A model generated the notes under the pieces. That model did no database searches. It was given only the letters and a program-made list of their open reading frames with translations, and was not told where the DNA came from. Positions 62,750 to 64,000 of a stretch of DNA of 64,000 nucleotides are shown one piece after another (the first letter of the stretch is position 1; the number at the start of each line of letters is the position of its first letter). A program made the position numbers and the translations under genes. The stretch covers positions 806,001 to 870,000 of the forward strand of contig NC_090598.1 in the NCBI RefSeq assembly GCF_000497125.1, in the 5' to 3' direction. This DNA is from Spironucleus salmonicida (lineage: Eukaryota).

Positions 62750-63772
62750 ATGTCAAGCGCCCTCGCGATCGAAATCTTCCAACCGCTCTCGGCCCTGCTG
62801 ATCCTCGTGGTGGCCCTGCTGGGCGGCGTGCTGCCCTACCTGGTGCAGCGGCTCGCGAAGAGCACGCGGGTGACGGGCCGGATGAACTGCCTCTCGGGCG
62901 GCATGCTGGCGGGCGTGGCGCTGCTGCACATCATCCCCGAGTCCGGGGACGCGCTGAACCACGCCTGCGGGGACTTCCCGGTGAGCTCGGTGGTGCTCTT
63001 CCTGGGCATCCTCGCGATGCTGGTGGTGATCCAGGTGGGCCACAACCACGGGCACGACCATGACCACGGCCACCCCGACAACGCCTCGGCCTCGGACACC
63101 GGCAGCGCGCCGCTGGACTGCGAGGCCCACGCGTCCATGACCTTCGGCCACTGCGGCCCCTCCTGCGTGGTGGACCGCAACAACCACTGCCACGACCACG
63201 ACGCGGACAACTGCACCGAGACCTGCCAGGCCACCGCGCCACCCGCAGTGAGGCCCGACTCCACCATCAAGGCGCTCATGCTCAGCCTCATGATCCACGA
63301 CGTGTCCGAGGGCGTGATCCTCGGCTTCCAGACCGACCTGCACGAGGGCGCGTTCCTGGCGCTCGCCATCCTGATGCACAAGTGGTGCGACGTGTCGTGC
63401 CAGGTGATCGCGGGCATGCGCAAGGGGCTCAGCCGGCGCCAGAACCTCGCCTTCGCCCTGCCCATCGCCTTCGCGACGCCGGTGGCCCAGCTGGTGACCT
63501 TCGCGGTCATGCGGCTCGCGCACGTGAGCGAGGCGGGCGTGGCCTTCAACGTGACCAAGGACTGCTTCATGAGCTTCGCGGCGGGCACCTTCCTGGCGAT
63601 CGTGCTGGTCGAGATCCTCGGCCACGAGATCACCGGCACCGCGCGCGAGGTCGCCGGCGGGGCGCTGTGGACGCTGCTGGGCTTCGGCCTCGTCAGCGTG
63701 AGCAACGTGATCGAGGTGGTCACCGGCGGGCACGATCATGGGCACGACCACGGCCATGCCCACCACGAGTGA
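62750..63772 (+). CDS. ZIP zinc/iron transporter, copy 2
   Basis: Protein identical to copy 1. CACCACTCCCCCA leader, gAGTGA stop. Confidence 0.93.
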   Translation: MSSALAIEIFQPLSALLILVVALLGGVLPYLVQRLAKSTRVTGRMNCLSGGMLAGVALLHIIPESGDALNHACGDFPVSSVVLFLGILAMLVVIQVGHNHGHDHDHGHPDNASASDTGSAPLDCEAHASMTFGHCGPSCVVDRNNHCHDHDADNCTETCQATAPPAVRPDSTIKALMLSLMIHDVSEGVILGFQTDLHEGAFLALAILMHKWCDVSCQVIAGMRKGLSRRQNLAFALPIAFATPVAQLVTFAVMRLAHVSEAGVAFNVTKDCFMSFAAGTFLAIVLVEILGHEITGTAREVAGGALWTLLGFGLVSVSNVIEVVTGGHDHGHDHGHAHHE

Positions 63773-63914
63773 CACTTTCCTTTCCTCACCGCTCCTCGTA
63801 CTCGCAGAAAAAACTGCCCTATCGCGGGGTATTCTCGGGCCCACGCCTGCTTTCTACGGCACGCGGCGTCGGACCCGCCCGCGTCCCTGTCGCCAATGTA
63901 CTCGCCACTCCACA

Positions 63915-64000
63915 ATGCCAGCCTACCGATGGACCTACGAGCAGGAGGAGCGCCTCCACCAGGCCGTGCAGCGCCACGGGAGCCAGTGGGAGCGCATCCG
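63915..64000 (+). CDS. Myb/SANT protein, copy of 58484..58693 (partial, window end)
   Basis: MPAYRWTYEQEERLHQAVQRHGSQWERI, with one V>A difference. Confidence 0.85.
   Translation, partial: MPAYRWTYEQEERLHQAVQRHGSQWERI

Larger units (their letters stand above)
62552..64000 (+). repeat. Inverted duplication 3, right (native) arm, truncated by the window end
   Basis: Reverse complement of 58608..60056. Begins inside the last about 33 codons of the DPE2-like gene. Confidence 0.97.

Overview
Eukaryotic nuclear DNA from a hexamitid diplomonad, most likely Spironucleus. The evidence is a Giardia-like NADP-glutamate dehydrogenase, intronless compact genes, TAA/TAG read as Gln (genetic code 6) with TGA the only stop, CCACTCC-like motifs just upstream of ATGs, and AGTGA at many stops. 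The supplied ORF track uses TAA/TAG as stops, so it fragments or misses many genes. I re-read the genes by hand in code 6 and found about 40 CDS and one tRNA-Ser. They include UBE2G/Ubc7, a HAD phosphatase, TMEM208/SND2, a DMT transporter, SRP72 x2, a transglutaminase-like protease x2, four Myb genes, a cyclin, an amino-acid transporter, Rpn1, Rpt1, cytochrome b5 x3, GDH x2, CFAP45, ODAD4/TTC25, RPS18, a papain protease, superoxide reductase, ZIP transporter x2 and a degenerate DPE2-like glucanotransferase. The most striking structure is three near-identical local inverted duplications (3.3 kb, 1.66 kb and at least 1.45 kb). Each cuts through genes and coincides with a sharp GC-rich island; in Rpn1 the GC step falls inside one gene at the arm boundary. 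There is also a direct GDH duplicate and a GC-rich 29-bp tandem array, open in all six frames, in an AT-rich gene desert. All calls come from manual reading and motif recall; no database searches were run.
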